From positions 736,001 through 800,000 of the forward strand of contig CAVUWA010000010.1 in the NCBI GenBank assembly GCA_963744995.1: a stretch of 64,000 nucleotides of DNA. Direction: 5' to 3'. Below the pieces are notes generated by a model, which ran no database searches, was not told where the DNA came from, and saw only the letters and a list, made by a program, of their open reading frames with translations. This DNA is from Candidatus Eiseniibacteriota bacterium (lineage in GTDB: Bacteria > Eisenbacteria > RBG-16-71-46). Both the position numbers and the translations under genes were made by a program. Shown piece after piece: positions 48,960 through 59,620 of the stretch; position 1 is the stretch's first letter, and every line of letters starts with the position of its first letter.

Positions 48960-50204
48960 ATGGCTCGCACCACCATTCTCTCCAACGACTTCCTGCGTTC
49001 GCTCGTCGCGGTCGGCCAGGTGGACCTGCTGGTCGGCCTGCCGACCTTCAACAATGCCGACACGGTGAAGCCGATCGCCGAGGCCGCGCAACTGGCGCTC
49101 GCGCGCTACTTCCCGCGGCTGCGCACGGCGCTGGTGAACTCGGACGGCGGCTCGGTGGACGGCACGCCCGAGATCGTGCGCAACGTGACCGCGGCCGCCG
49201 ACGGGCCGGTCCGCGCGCTGCGCACGATCCACCGCGTCGAGACCTCGCACGCCGGTTCCCTCGGCAAGGGCAGCGCGCTGCGCGCGATCTTCGCCGCCGC
49301 GGACCTCACCCAGGCGCGCGCCGTGACGGTGATCGACCCCGACATCACCAGCATGTCGCCCGACTGGATCGAGCGCCTTGCGCGCCCGGTGCTGGATCAG
49401 CGCCTGGACTACGTCGGGCCGGTCTATTCGCGCAGCCCGTTCGAGGGTCCGCTGGTCCGGCAGGTGGTGCGCCCGGTGTTCCAGGCCGCCTACGGCGTTC
49501 CCATGCGCGAGCCGGTCGGCGGTGAGTTCGCCTGTTCGGGCCGCTTCGCCGCACATTGCCTGAGGCAGTCGGTCTGGGACTACGACTTCACCCGGTTCGG
49601 TGTGGACATCTGGCTCGCCGGCGAAGCGGTGGCGGGCGGCTTCCAGGTGGGCCAGACGCAGCTCGGCCGCCGCACGCCGATGCGCGCATCGAACCGGCTG
49701 CCGCTCGCCGACCTCGTCAAATTCGTGGTCGGCGCGCTGTTCACGTGCCTGGAGCTGCACGAGGCCTACTGGAAGCGGGCGGTCGAACCGCGCGATCTGC
49801 CGACCTTCGGCGAGCCCGAGGTCGTGCCGCACGTCGACGCCCCGCACGCCGTGGAGCCGGGGGACCTGGAGCGCGACGTGGCGGATCTGCTGCCGATTCT
49901 CGAGACCCTGCTCACGCCCGCGACGCTCGCGGGGCTCGTGCAGGTGGCCCAGAGCGACGACGAGACGATCGGTGACGACCTGTGGGCGCACCTGCTGGGC
50001 GAGTTCATGATCGGCCACATGCACCAGGTCATCGGCCGTGACCACCTGCTGCAGGCCTTCGTTCCGCTCTATCGCTCGCGCGTCGTATCGTTCATCGAGG
50101 CGCATCGCCGTGACGATCCGCAGGTGGTTGCTGCGGCCTACGAACACCTGAACGCGTCCTGCCTGGGCCTGCGGCCCGGCTGGATCGAGGCATGCGAGCG
50201 ATGA
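48960..50204 (+). CDS. GT2-fold glucosylglycerate/mannosylglycerate synthase-like protein
   Basis: VGLPTFNNADTV, NSDGGSVDGT, GKGSALRAIF, IDPD, REPVGGEF, FGVDIWL. Confidence 0.75.
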   Translation: MARTTILSNDFLRSLVAVGQVDLLVGLPTFNNADTVKPIAEAAQLALARYFPRLRTALVNSDGGSVDGTPEIVRNVTAAADGPVRALRTIHRVETSHAGSLGKGSALRAIFAAADLTQARAVTVIDPDITSMSPDWIERLARPVLDQRLDYVGPVYSRSPFEGPLVRQVVRPVFQAAYGVPMREPVGGEFACSGRFAAHCLRQSVWDYDFTRFGVDIWLAGEAVAGGFQVGQTQLGRRTPMRASNRLPLADLVKFVVGALFTCLELHEAYWKRAVEPRDLPTFGEPEVVPHVDAPHAVEPGDLERDVADLLPILETLLTPATLAGLVQVAQSDDETIGDDLWAHLLGEFMIGHMHQVIGRDHLLQAFVPLYRSRVVSFIEAHRRDDPQVVAAAYEHLNASCLGLRPGWIEACER

Positions 50205-51676
50205 GCACGACGTTCGAACCGCTCGCCGCCTGCCTGCACACGCATCTGCCGGCCTTCCTCGCGCGCCAGCGCTGGTTCGCGGGCAAAGGCCGGGTGATCG
50301 AAGCCCTCGAGCTCGAAGACGTGATCGAAATCGACGCCCGCCCGCCCTGCGCCCTGGCGATCGTGGAGGTGCGTTACGTGGACACCCACGTGGAACGCTA
50401 CGTCCTGCTGTTCGCCGTCACGAACGACGCCGATCCGGCGCTGCGGATCGCGGCGGCGGACGAGTGGGACGGCGCGGCGGATCTGATCGAGGCGGCGACG
50501 CTCGAAACGCAGGGTCGGGCGCTGCTGGCAGGCTTCACGCGCGCGGGGACGCGCCTGCGCTCGCGCGCAGGGGCGACGCTCGTCTACGGCGACATGCGCG
50601 ACACGCTGCCGCTCGGCGCGCAGGCGGACACGGTGCGGGTGAAGCCGCTGGGCGCGGAGCAGAGCAACACCTCGCTGCGCGCGGGCGAGGACCACGTGTT
50701 CAAGCTGTTCCGTCGCCTCGAAGACGGCGAGAATCCGGAGGTCGAGATCGGCCGCTTCTTCGCCGCGCATACGTCGTTCGACGCGCTGCCGGTGCTCGAC
50801 GGATCCCTTGCGCTCGAGCGCGATGGCGGAACCCGCACCGTGGGCGTGCTGCAGCGTTTCGTGAAGCATCGCGCGGACGGCTGGCGCTGGATGCTGGCGC
50901 AACTGGCCTCCTGGCGCGCCGGCGACCTGACGGTTGAAGCCCTGGCCGGCGAGGCGCGCCGGATCGGCGGGCTCACCGCCGACATGCACCTCGCGCTCGG
51001 CTCATGCCGCGACGTCCCGGCGTTCGCGCCGCGACCGATCGTCGAGCGCGACGTGGAGACCTGGCGGGTTGCGCTCGAGACCCGTGCCGAGCGGCTGGTG
51101 GCCGACATGCGCCGCGAGCACCAAGCGGTGCCGCCCGGAGCGAAACGCGACGCCGCGGAGATCGCCGGGTCCGTGGAGGCGCTGCCGGCGCTCGCCCCGA
51201 CGGCGGCCGAAGCGGGCGCCGCCGGCGTCGAGCTGATCCGCCTGCACGGCGACTACCATCTCGGCCAGACCCTGCGCACGGACGACGGCTACGTGGTCAT
51301 GGACTTCGAAGGCGAGCCGTCGCGGCCGCTGGCCGAGCGTCGCGCCCACGGCTGCGCGCTGCGGGATGTCGCCGGCATGCTGCGCTCGTTCGACTACGCG
51401 GCGGCGGCGGGTCCCGGCGCCGCGGACCCGGGGCACACCGCGGACCCCGCGCGCGCGGCGTTGCGCGACGCATTCCTCGCCGCGTATCTCGAGCGCGTGG
51501 CGGCGCAGGGCGCGGCGTTCGTGCCCGCGCGGGAGGCGATCGCGCGGCGCTGGATCGCATTCTTCGAACTGGACAAGGCGCTCTACGAGATCGAATACGA
51601 ACTGCACCACCGGCCCGACTGGATCTGGATCCCCCTGCGCGGCGCGCGGCAACTGATCGAGGCGAATCTCACATGA
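50201..51676 (+). CDS. mak: Maltokinase (Pep2/Mak)
   Basis: [51 protein letters not shown]. Confidence 0.9.
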   Translation: MSTTFEPLAACLHTHLPAFLARQRWFAGKGRVIEALELEDVIEIDARPPCALAIVEVRYVDTHVERYVLLFAVTNDADPALRIAAADEWDGAADLIEAATLETQGRALLAGFTRAGTRLRSRAGATLVYGDMRDTLPLGAQADTVRVKPLGAEQSNTSLRAGEDHVFKLFRRLEDGENPEVEIGRFFAAHTSFDALPVLDGSLALERDGGTRTVGVLQRFVKHRADGWRWMLAQLASWRAGDLTVEALAGEARRIGGLTADMHLALGSCRDVPAFAPRPIVERDVETWRVALETRAERLVADMRREHQAVPPGAKRDAAEIAGSVEALPALAPTAAEAGAAGVELIRLHGDYHLGQTLRTDDGYVVMDFEGEPSRPLAERRAHGCALRDVAGMLRSFDYAAAAGPGAADPGHTADPARAALRDAFLAAYLERVAAQGAAFVPAREAIARRWIAFFELDKALYEIEYELHHRPDWIWIPLRGARQLIEANLT

Positions 51677-53784
51677 AGATCGAACCCGGGTTGCCGTACC
51701 CGCTCGGCGCCACCTGGAACGGGCTCGGCGTGAACTTCGCATTGTTCTCCGAACACGCGACGCGCGTGGAGCTGTGCCTGTTCGACTCCTCGGACGACAC
51801 GAAGCCCTCGGTCCAGGTGGACCTGCGCGAGCAGACCGACATGGTCTGGCATGGCTTCCTGCGCGGCCTGCGCCCGGGCCAGCTCTACGGCTACCGCGTG
51901 TACGGCCCGTACGAGCCGGAGCAGGGGCACCGCTTCAATCCCAACAAGGTGCTCCTCGATCCGTATGCGCAGGGCATCGGCCGCAAGGTGCACTGGTCCG
52001 ACGCCAACTTCGGCTACATCGTCGGCGACCCGAACGAGGACCTCTCGTTCGATCCGCGCGACAACGCCGCCAGCGCGCCGCTCGGCGCGGTGATCGATCC
52101 GGCGTACTCGTGGGGGGACGATCGTCCGCCGCTCACGCCCTGGCACGAGACGATCATCTACGAGATGCACGTCAAGGGCTTCACGCGACTGCATCCGCTG
52201 GTGCCCGACGAGCTGCGCGGCACCTACGCGGGCCTGGTGTCCGAACCCGTGCTGCGCTACCTGAAAGATCTCGGCATCACGGCGGTCGAGCTGATGCCGG
52301 TGCATCATCACGTGGACGATCGCCACCTGATCGAGAGCGGGCTCACCAACTACTGGGGCTACAACACGCTCTCGTTCCTGGCGCCGAACGTGCGCTACGC
52401 CTCGATGCGGCAGCCGGCCGAGCAGGTGCGCGAGTTCAAGACGATGGTGCGCGCGCTGCACGCGGCGGGCATCGAGGTGATCCTCGACGTGGTCTACAAC
52501 CACACCGGTGAAGGCAACCACATGGGGCCGACGCTGTCGCTGCGCGGCATCGACAATCGGGCCTACTACCGGCTGAACGACGGCCGGCATTATCTCGACT
52601 TCACCGGCACCGGCAACACGCTCAACATGACCCATCCGCGCGTCCTGCAGCTCATCATGGACAGCCTGCGCTACTGGGTGCAGGAGATGCACGTCGACGG
52701 CTTCCGCTTCGATCTCGCCAGCGCGCTCGCGCGCGAACTGTACGAAGTCGACCGGCTCGGCGCGTTCTTCGACATCATCCACCAGGACCCGGTGATCTCG
52801 CGCGTGAAGCTGATCGCCGAGCCGTGGGATCTCGGCGAGGGCGGCTACCAGGTCGGCAATTTCCCGGTGCTGTGGACCGAATGGAACGGGAAATACCGCG
52901 ACGCGATCCGCAGGTTCTGGAACGGCGGCGGCAGCGGCGGCGTGTCGGAACTGGCCACCCGCCTGGCGGGCAGCTCGGACCTCTATGCCCGTAGCGGCAG
53001 AAGGCCTTACGCCAGCATCAACTTCGTCACCGCGCACGACGGATTTTCCCTGCGCGACCTCGTGAGTTATAACGAGAAGCACAACGAGATGAACTTCGAG
53101 AACAACGCCGACGGCGAGAACCACAATCTGAGCTGGAACTGTGGCGCCGAGGGCGAGTCCCGCGATCCGGAGATCCTCGCGTTGCGCGCCCGACAGATGC
53201 GCAACTTCGTGCTGACGCTGTTCGCGTCGCAGGGCGTGCCGATGATCCGCGCCGGCGACGAACTCGGCCATACGCAGGGCGGCAACAACAACGCCTACTG
53301 TCAGGACAACGAGATCAGCTGGCTGCACTGGGATTTAGACGGCTCGCAGCAGGCGTTCTTCGAGTTCTTCCGGCGCGCGATTCACGTGCGTCGCACGCAT
53401 CGCGCGCTGCGCCGGCGCCGCTTCCTGAGCGGCGAGCACATCGAAGAACTGGGCATGAAGGACATCACGTGGTTCCGGCCCGACGGCCACGAGATGACCG
53501 ATCGCGACTGGGGCGCTGCCCACGCCAGCAGCCTCGGCGCCCGGCTCGCGTGGCATCCGGCCACGGAGTCGGCGACCGAAAAGGAGGCGAACATCCTGTT
53601 TCTGCTCATGAATGCTTCGGCGGAGTCGCTGACCTTCAAGCTGCCCTCGCTCGGCGTGGGCCGGCGCTGGGAGGTGCTGCTCGACTCCGCCACGCCCGGC
53701 GTCTCCGGGCGTTCGCATCGCGGCGGCTCGCGCTACGACCTGATCGGGCGCTCGAGCGCGCTGCTCCGAAGGGTGGTTCGATGA
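51673..53784 (+). CDS. glgX: Glycogen debranching enzyme
   Basis: [44 protein letters not shown]. Confidence 0.96.
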   Translation: MKIEPGLPYPLGATWNGLGVNFALFSEHATRVELCLFDSSDDTKPSVQVDLREQTDMVWHGFLRGLRPGQLYGYRVYGPYEPEQGHRFNPNKVLLDPYAQGIGRKVHWSDANFGYIVGDPNEDLSFDPRDNAASAPLGAVIDPAYSWGDDRPPLTPWHETIIYEMHVKGFTRLHPLVPDELRGTYAGLVSEPVLRYLKDLGITAVELMPVHHHVDDRHLIESGLTNYWGYNTLSFLAPNVRYASMRQPAEQVREFKTMVRALHAAGIEVILDVVYNHTGEGNHMGPTLSLRGIDNRAYYRLNDGRHYLDFTGTGNTLNMTHPRVLQLIMDSLRYWVQEMHVDGFRFDLASALARELYEVDRLGAFFDIIHQDPVISRVKLIAEPWDLGEGGYQVGNFPVLWTEWNGKYRDAIRRFWNGGGSGGVSELATRLAGSSDLYARSGRRPYASINFVTAHDGFSLRDLVSYNEKHNEMNFENNADGENHNLSWNCGAEGESRDPEILALRARQMRNFVLTLFASQGVPMIRAGDELGHTQGGNNNAYCQDNEISWLHWDLDGSQQAFFEFFRRAIHVRRTHRALRRRRFLSGEHIEELGMKDITWFRPDGHEMTDRDWGAAHASSLGARLAWHPATESATEKEANILFLLMNASAESLTFKLPSLGVGRRWEVLLDSATPGVSGRSHRGGSRYDLIGRSSALLRRVVR

Positions 53785-55844
53785 CGCCGAAATCCGCAGC
53801 GAAGCGGCCGGCTGGACGGCGCAAGGCCGCGAAGCCCGAGGCCGCGGCGCCCGGCGTGAACGGCGGCGGTCTGGATCCGCGGCGCGTGGTCGTGCAGAAC
53901 GTCCAGCCGCGCGTGGACGACGGCCGTTACCCGGTGAAGCGCAGCGCGGGCGAAACGCTCGACGTCCGTGCGGAGGTGTTCACCGATGGTCACGACCATC
54001 TCACCGTGCTGCTCCGCCACCGGCGTTCGGGCGGCCGCTGGAGCGAGACGCGGATGCGCGCGCTCGGCAACGACGAATGGCAGGCGGACCTGGTGCTCGA
54101 TCGCGAGGGTACCTGGCAGTACACCGTCGTCGCCTGGGTGAACCGTTTCGGCACCTGGCGTGACGAGCTCAGCCGCAAGGCCGCTGCCGGGCAGGACGTG
54201 GCGAGCGAGCTGCTCGAGGGCGCGGCGCTGGTGAAGGAGGCGGCCCCCCGCGCCGCCGCCGGCAGGGCGCCGTCGCTCGAAAAGATCGCCGTGCGTCTCG
54301 CCGGCCCGGAGCCCCAGGAGGCTCGCGTGGCGCTGGCGCTGGAGGACGGCCTCGCGGACACGATGCGCGCACTGTCGGCGCGCGCCGGCCTGGTCGAAGC
54401 CGAACACGTGCTCGAAGTGCGCATTGAACGCGAACGCGCTCGCTACGGCGCGTGGTACGAGATGTTCCCGCGCTCGGCGCCTTCCGCGCGGCCGCACGGC
54501 GCGAACTTCGCCGACGCCGCGAAGCGGCTGCCGGCGATCGCCGCGATGGGTTTCGACGTCGTCTACCTGCCGCCCGTTCATCCGATCGGACGGACGCACC
54601 GCAAGGGGCCGAACAACGTGCTCGCGGCGGGGCCCGAAGATCCCGGCAGCCCGTGGGCGATCGGCGCCGCCGAGGGCGGGCACAAGGCCGTGCACCCCGA
54701 GCTCGGTACGCTCGCCGACTTCGATGACTTCGTCGCGGAGGCTGGGCGAAACGGACTCGAGGTCGCGCTCGACCTCGCCTATCAGTGTTCGCCGGATCAT
54801 CCGTACGTGAAGTCGCATCCGGAGTGGTTCCGGCACCGTCCCGACGGCACGATCAAGTACGCCGAGAACCCGCCCAAGAAGTACCAGGACATCTATCCGT
54901 TCGACTTCGAATGCGCCGAGTGGCAGGCACTCTGGAACGAGCTCAAGAGCATCGTCACGTTCTGGATCGGGCACGGCGTGAACGTCTTCCGCGTCGACAA
55001 TCCGCATACCAAGCCGTTCCGCTTCTGGTCCTGGCTGATCGCCGAGATCCAGCGCGAACACCCCGGCACCGTGTTCCTCTCCGAAGCGTTCACGCGGCCG
55101 AAGGTGATGGCCCACCTCGCGAAGATCGGTTTCACGCAGTCGTACTCGTACTTCACCTGGCGCAACACGAAGGCCGAGCTCACCGAGTACTTCACCGAGC
55201 TCACGCAGACGCCGGTGCGCGAGTACATGCGTCCGAACCTGTTCGCGAACACACCCGACATCCTGCACGAGTATCTGCAGGTCGGCGGTCGCCCGGCGTT
55301 CATGACCCGCCTGGTGCTGGCGGCGACGCTCGGCGCCTCCTACGGCATCTACGGTCCGGCGTTCGAGCTGTGCGAGGGTCACGCGCACCCGGGCACCGAG
55401 GAGTACGTGGACTCGGAGAAATACCAGGTGCGGCGCTGGGACCTCGATGCACCCGGGCACATCCGCGAGATCGTCGAGCGGGTGAATCGCGCGCGCCGCG
55501 AGAACCGCGCGCTGCAGTTCGATCGCCCGCTGCGCTTTCTCGACATCGACAACGACCAGATGATCGCCTACCTCAAGACCGCGCCGGGCGGCGCGAACAC
55601 GGTGATCGTGGTCGTGAATCTGAACCCGCATCTCGTCCAGGAAGCGACGCTGCGCGTGCCGATCGAACAGCTCGGCATCACGCCGGACGAGTCGTATCAG
55701 GTGCACGATCAGCTGAGCGATGCGCGCTACCTGTGGCAGGGCGGGCACAACTACGTGCGCCTCGACCCGCACAGCTGTCCAGCGCACCTGTTCGTACTCC
55801 GTCGCAAGGTCGCGACCGAGAAGGACTTCGACTACTACGTGTAG
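53781..55844 (+). CDS. glgE: Alpha-1,4-glucan:maltose-1-phosphate maltosyltransferase
   Basis: [46 protein letters not shown]. Confidence 0.96.
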   Translation: MTPKSAAKRPAGRRKAAKPEAAAPGVNGGGLDPRRVVVQNVQPRVDDGRYPVKRSAGETLDVRAEVFTDGHDHLTVLLRHRRSGGRWSETRMRALGNDEWQADLVLDREGTWQYTVVAWVNRFGTWRDELSRKAAAGQDVASELLEGAALVKEAAPRAAAGRAPSLEKIAVRLAGPEPQEARVALALEDGLADTMRALSARAGLVEAEHVLEVRIERERARYGAWYEMFPRSAPSARPHGANFADAAKRLPAIAAMGFDVVYLPPVHPIGRTHRKGPNNVLAAGPEDPGSPWAIGAAEGGHKAVHPELGTLADFDDFVAEAGRNGLEVALDLAYQCSPDHPYVKSHPEWFRHRPDGTIKYAENPPKKYQDIYPFDFECAEWQALWNELKSIVTFWIGHGVNVFRVDNPHTKPFRFWSWLIAEIQREHPGTVFLSEAFTRPKVMAHLAKIGFTQSYSYFTWRNTKAELTEYFTELTQTPVREYMRPNLFANTPDILHEYLQVGGRPAFMTRLVLAATLGASYGIYGPAFELCEGHAHPGTEEYVDSEKYQVRRWDLDAPGHIREIVERVNRARRENRALQFDRPLRFLDIDNDQMIAYLKTAPGGANTVIVVVNLNPHLVQEATLRVPIEQLGITPDESYQVHDQLSDARYLWQGGHNYVRLDPHSCPAHLFVLRRKVATEKDFDYYV

Positions 55845-55895
55845 CCGGATCACGCGGCGGACCGCAGTGCGGCTTCGCCGGGAATCGAGACGCCC

Positions 55896-57800
55896 ATGAC
55901 GTTCCTCACCGATTACGATCTGCACCTGCTGTCCGAAGGCACCCACCTTCGCATCTACGACCGGCTCGGCGCGCATCCCGTCGAAGTCGAAGGGCAGAAG
56001 GGCACGCGCTTCGCGGTCTGGGCGCCCAACGCGAGCCGGGTGTCGGTGATCGGTGACTTCAACGGCTGGAAGGCCGGTGAGCACGAGATGCAGAACCGCG
56101 GCCACAGCGGCGTGTGGGAGTGCTTCATTCCGCGTCTGGGTCCGGGCGACGCCTACAAGTACGCGATCGAGTCGCGCTTCGGTGGGCAGAAGTTCGAGAA
56201 GGCCGATCCGGTCGGCTTCGCCGCCGAGCTGCGGCCGCGCACCGCGTCACGGGTCTGGGACCACGGCACGTACGCCTGGCACGACGCCGAGTGGGTCGCG
56301 GCCCGCGAGGCGCGGCAGAACCTCGAGGCGCCGGTTGCCGTGTACGAGATGCACCTCGGTTCGTGGCGGCGGCGGGTCGAAGAGGGCAACCGCTGGCTCA
56401 CCTACCGCGAGCTCGCTCCCGAACTGATCGAGTACGTGAAGCACATGGGCTATACGCACGTCGAGTTCCTGCCGGTGACCGAGCATCCGTTCGACGGCTC
56501 GTGGGGCTATCAGACGGTGGGCTACTTCGCGCCGACCAGCCGCTTCGGCACGCCGGACGACTTCAAGTTCCTGATCGACTCGCTGCACCAGGCCGGGATC
56601 GGTGTGATCGTCGACTGGGTGCCGGCACACTTCCCGACCGACGGCCACGGGCTCGCCTACTTCGACGGTACGCACCTCTACGAGCACGCCGACCCGCGCC
56701 TCGGCCGCCATCAGGACTGGGGCACGTTCATCTTCAACTACGGCCGCACCGAGGTCGCCAACTTCCTGCTGTCGAACGCGCTGTTCTGGATGGACCGCTA
56801 CCACGTCGATGGCCTGCGCGTGGACGCCGTGGCGTCGATGCTCTACCTCGACTACTCGCGCAAGGAAGGCGAGTGGCTGCCGAACCGCTTCGGCGGCCGC
56901 GAGAACCTCGAGGCGATCGCGTTCCTCAAGCGCCTGAACGAAAAGGTGTACGGCGAATTCCCCGGCGCGCTGATGGTCGCCGAGGAGTCCACGTCCTGGC
57001 CGATGGTCTCGCGCCCGACCTACGTGGGCGGGCTCGGCTTCGGGCTCAAGTGGGACATGGGCTGGATGCACGACATGCTGCAGTACTTCGAGCGCGACCC
57101 GGTGCATCGCAGCCACCACCAGAGCGAGCTCACGTTCCGCATGCTGTACGCGTTCACCGAGAACTTCATGCTGCCGCTCTCGCACGACGAGGTCGTGCAC
57201 GGCAAGGGCTCGCTGCTCAGGAAGATGCCGGGGGACGACTGGCAGAAGTTCGCGAACCTCAGGCTGCTGCACACGGTGATGTACGCGCAGCCCGGGAAGA
57301 AGCTGCTGTTCATGGGGGGCGAGTTCGGCCAGTGGGACGAATGGAGCCACGACAAGAGCGTGGACTGGCACCTGCTCGATCTGCCGGCCCATCAAGGCGT
57401 GCAGCGGCTGGTCCGCGACCTCAACACCCTCTACCGCGGCGAGGCGGCGATGCACGTGCTCGACTGCGATCCGGCGGGCTTCGAGTGGGTGGACTGCAGC
57501 GACGGCGCGCAGAGCGTGCTGAGCCTGCTGCGCAAGGGCCGCCGCCCCGAGGACACGGTGCTGTTCGTGTTCAACTTCACGCCGGTGCCGCGCCACAACT
57601 ACCGGGTCGGCGTGCCGTATCCGGGTCACTGGGACGAAATCCTCAACACCGACGCGCCGCTGTACGGCGGTTCGGGCCAGGGCAATCTCGGCGGGCTCGA
57701 CACGGCGCCGGTGTCGTTCCACGGCCACGCGCAATCGGTGAATCTCGTCCTGCCGCCGCTCGCGGCGGTCGCGCTGCGCCCCGCACGGAAGTCTTCATGA
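55896..57800 (+). CDS. glgB: 1,4-alpha-glucan branching enzyme (short N-terminus)
   Basis: [46 protein letters not shown]. Confidence 0.97.
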   Translation: MTFLTDYDLHLLSEGTHLRIYDRLGAHPVEVEGQKGTRFAVWAPNASRVSVIGDFNGWKAGEHEMQNRGHSGVWECFIPRLGPGDAYKYAIESRFGGQKFEKADPVGFAAELRPRTASRVWDHGTYAWHDAEWVAAREARQNLEAPVAVYEMHLGSWRRRVEEGNRWLTYRELAPELIEYVKHMGYTHVEFLPVTEHPFDGSWGYQTVGYFAPTSRFGTPDDFKFLIDSLHQAGIGVIVDWVPAHFPTDGHGLAYFDGTHLYEHADPRLGRHQDWGTFIFNYGRTEVANFLLSNALFWMDRYHVDGLRVDAVASMLYLDYSRKEGEWLPNRFGGRENLEAIAFLKRLNEKVYGEFPGALMVAEESTSWPMVSRPTYVGGLGFGLKWDMGWMHDMLQYFERDPVHRSHHQSELTFRMLYAFTENFMLPLSHDEVVHGKGSLLRKMPGDDWQKFANLRLLHTVMYAQPGKKLLFMGGEFGQWDEWSHDKSVDWHLLDLPAHQGVQRLVRDLNTLYRGEAAMHVLDCDPAGFEWVDCSDGAQSVLSLLRKGRRPEDTVLFVFNFTPVPRHNYRVGVPYPGHWDEILNTDAPLYGGSGQGNLGGLDTAPVSFHGHAQSVNLVLPPLAAVALRPARKSS

Positions 57801-59620
57801 GCTGGCGCCCTTCGCTGGGCGCGATTCCCGAAGCCGGCGGCACCCGATTCCGCGTGCTCGCTCCGTTCGCGAAGCAGCTCGAGATCCAGCTCGAAGGCGG
57901 CACGCCGCGCCGCGTCCCGATGACCGCCGATGGCCGCGGCTACCACGATGCGTTCGTCCGGGACGCGGGTGCGGGCGCGCTCTACCGCATCGTGCTCGAC
58001 GGGCAGCCGTTCCCCGACCCCGCCTCGCGCAGCCAGCCCGAGGGCGTGCACGGACCGTCGCGCATCGTCGACCCGGCCGCGTTCCGCTGGCGCGCGGACG
58101 GCTTCCGCGGCGTGCCGCTCGCGCGTGCGGTGATCTACGAGCTGCACGTCGGCACCTTCACGCCGGAAGGCACCTTCGCCGCGCTCACAGCGCGGCTGCC
58201 GGCGCTCGCCGACCTCGGCGTCACGGTGCTCGAGCTGATGCCGCTCGCCGACTTCCCGGGGGCCCGCAACTGGGGCTACGACGGCGCCGCCCTGTTCGCG
58301 CCCGCACACTGCTACGGCGCCCCGGACGATCTGCGCCGGCTGGTGGATACGGCGCACGGGCTCGGCCTCGCCGTGCACGCGGACGTGGTCTACAACCACT
58401 TCGGCCCCGACGGCGCATACGCGGTGCCGTTCGACCCCGAGGTGTTCTCGGAGCGGCACCGCAGTCCCTGGGGCGCCGGCGTCAACCTGGACGGGCCGGG
58501 TGCGGACCGGGTGCGCGATTTCTTCATCGAGAACGCGCTCCACTGGATCCACGAGTACCGCATGGACGGGTTGCGGCTCGATGCCACCCACGCGATGGTG
58601 GACGACTCACCGCGCCACTTCCTCACCGAGCTGGCCGTGCGCGTGCGCGAAACCACGCCCGGCCGCCACGTGCCGGTGATCGCCGAGGACGGCCGCAACT
58701 GGTCGCACATCGTGAAACCCCGGGAGCAGGGCGGCTGGGGGCTCGACGCGGTGTGGGCCGACGACTTCCATCACTCGCTGCGCCGTCTGCTCGCCGGCGA
58801 CTCCGACGGCTACTTCCGCAACCTGCGCGGCACCGCGGCGGAGCTGGCGGCGATCCTCCGGGACGGCTGGCGATTCGGCCCGGACCACGCCTACGGCCAG
58901 CGCGACAGCCGCACCTCGCCGGCCGGGCTGCCGCCTGAGTCCTTCGTGATCGCGGCGCAGAATCACGATCAGATCGGCAACCGCGCGTTCGGCGAGCGCC
59001 TGCACCACCAGATCGAGCCGGCGGCGTGGCGCGCGGCGAGCGCGCTGCTGCTGCTCGCGCCGCAGACCCCGCTGCTGTTCATGGGGCAGGAATGGGCGGC
59101 GAGCGCTCCGTTCCACTTCTTCACCGACCACGCCGAACCGCTCGGCTCGCAGGTGACGCGCGGCCGGCTCGCCGAATTCGCGCACTTCGAGGCGTTTCAG
59201 AACGCCGCGACGCTGGAGCGGATTCCGGACCCGCAGGCGCCGGCGACGTTCGCGGCGAGCCGCCCCGACTGGGCCGAGCGTAACGCCGGCGTCCACGCCG
59301 CGACACTCAGGCTCTACCGCGCGCTGCTCGCGCTCAGACGCGAGCACCCGGCGCTCGCCCGCGATCCCGACGCGGGCCACGACGCGCGGGCACTCGATGC
59401 CGACACGATCCTGCTCACCCGTACGGCCGGCGGCGCGCGGCTCACCGCCCTGGTGCGGCTGCGCGGCGCAGGCACGGTGGACCCGGGCGCGGCACCGGGG
59501 ACGGTGCGGCTCACCACCGAGGACCCGCCGTTCGCCGCCGCGCCGCGCGCGCCACGCATCGAGGGCACGCGGATCGCGTTCGAGCGTCCGGGCGCGGTCG
59601 TGTTCGAGGCGGGACCGTGA
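57797..59620 (+). CDS. treZ: Malto-oligosyltrehalose trehalohydrolase
   Basis: [44 protein letters not shown]. Confidence 0.95.
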   Translation: MSWRPSLGAIPEAGGTRFRVLAPFAKQLEIQLEGGTPRRVPMTADGRGYHDAFVRDAGAGALYRIVLDGQPFPDPASRSQPEGVHGPSRIVDPAAFRWRADGFRGVPLARAVIYELHVGTFTPEGTFAALTARLPALADLGVTVLELMPLADFPGARNWGYDGAALFAPAHCYGAPDDLRRLVDTAHGLGLAVHADVVYNHFGPDGAYAVPFDPEVFSERHRSPWGAGVNLDGPGADRVRDFFIENALHWIHEYRMDGLRLDATHAMVDDSPRHFLTELAVRVRETTPGRHVPVIAEDGRNWSHIVKPREQGGWGLDAVWADDFHHSLRRLLAGDSDGYFRNLRGTAAELAAILRDGWRFGPDHAYGQRDSRTSPAGLPPESFVIAAQNHDQIGNRAFGERLHHQIEPAAWRAASALLLLAPQTPLLFMGQEWAASAPFHFFTDHAEPLGSQVTRGRLAEFAHFEAFQNAATLERIPDPQAPATFAASRPDWAERNAGVHAATLRLYRALLALRREHPALARDPDAGHDARALDADTILLTRTAGGARLTALVRLRGAGTVDPGAAPGTVRLTTEDPPFAAAPRAPRIEGTRIAFERPGAVVFEAGP

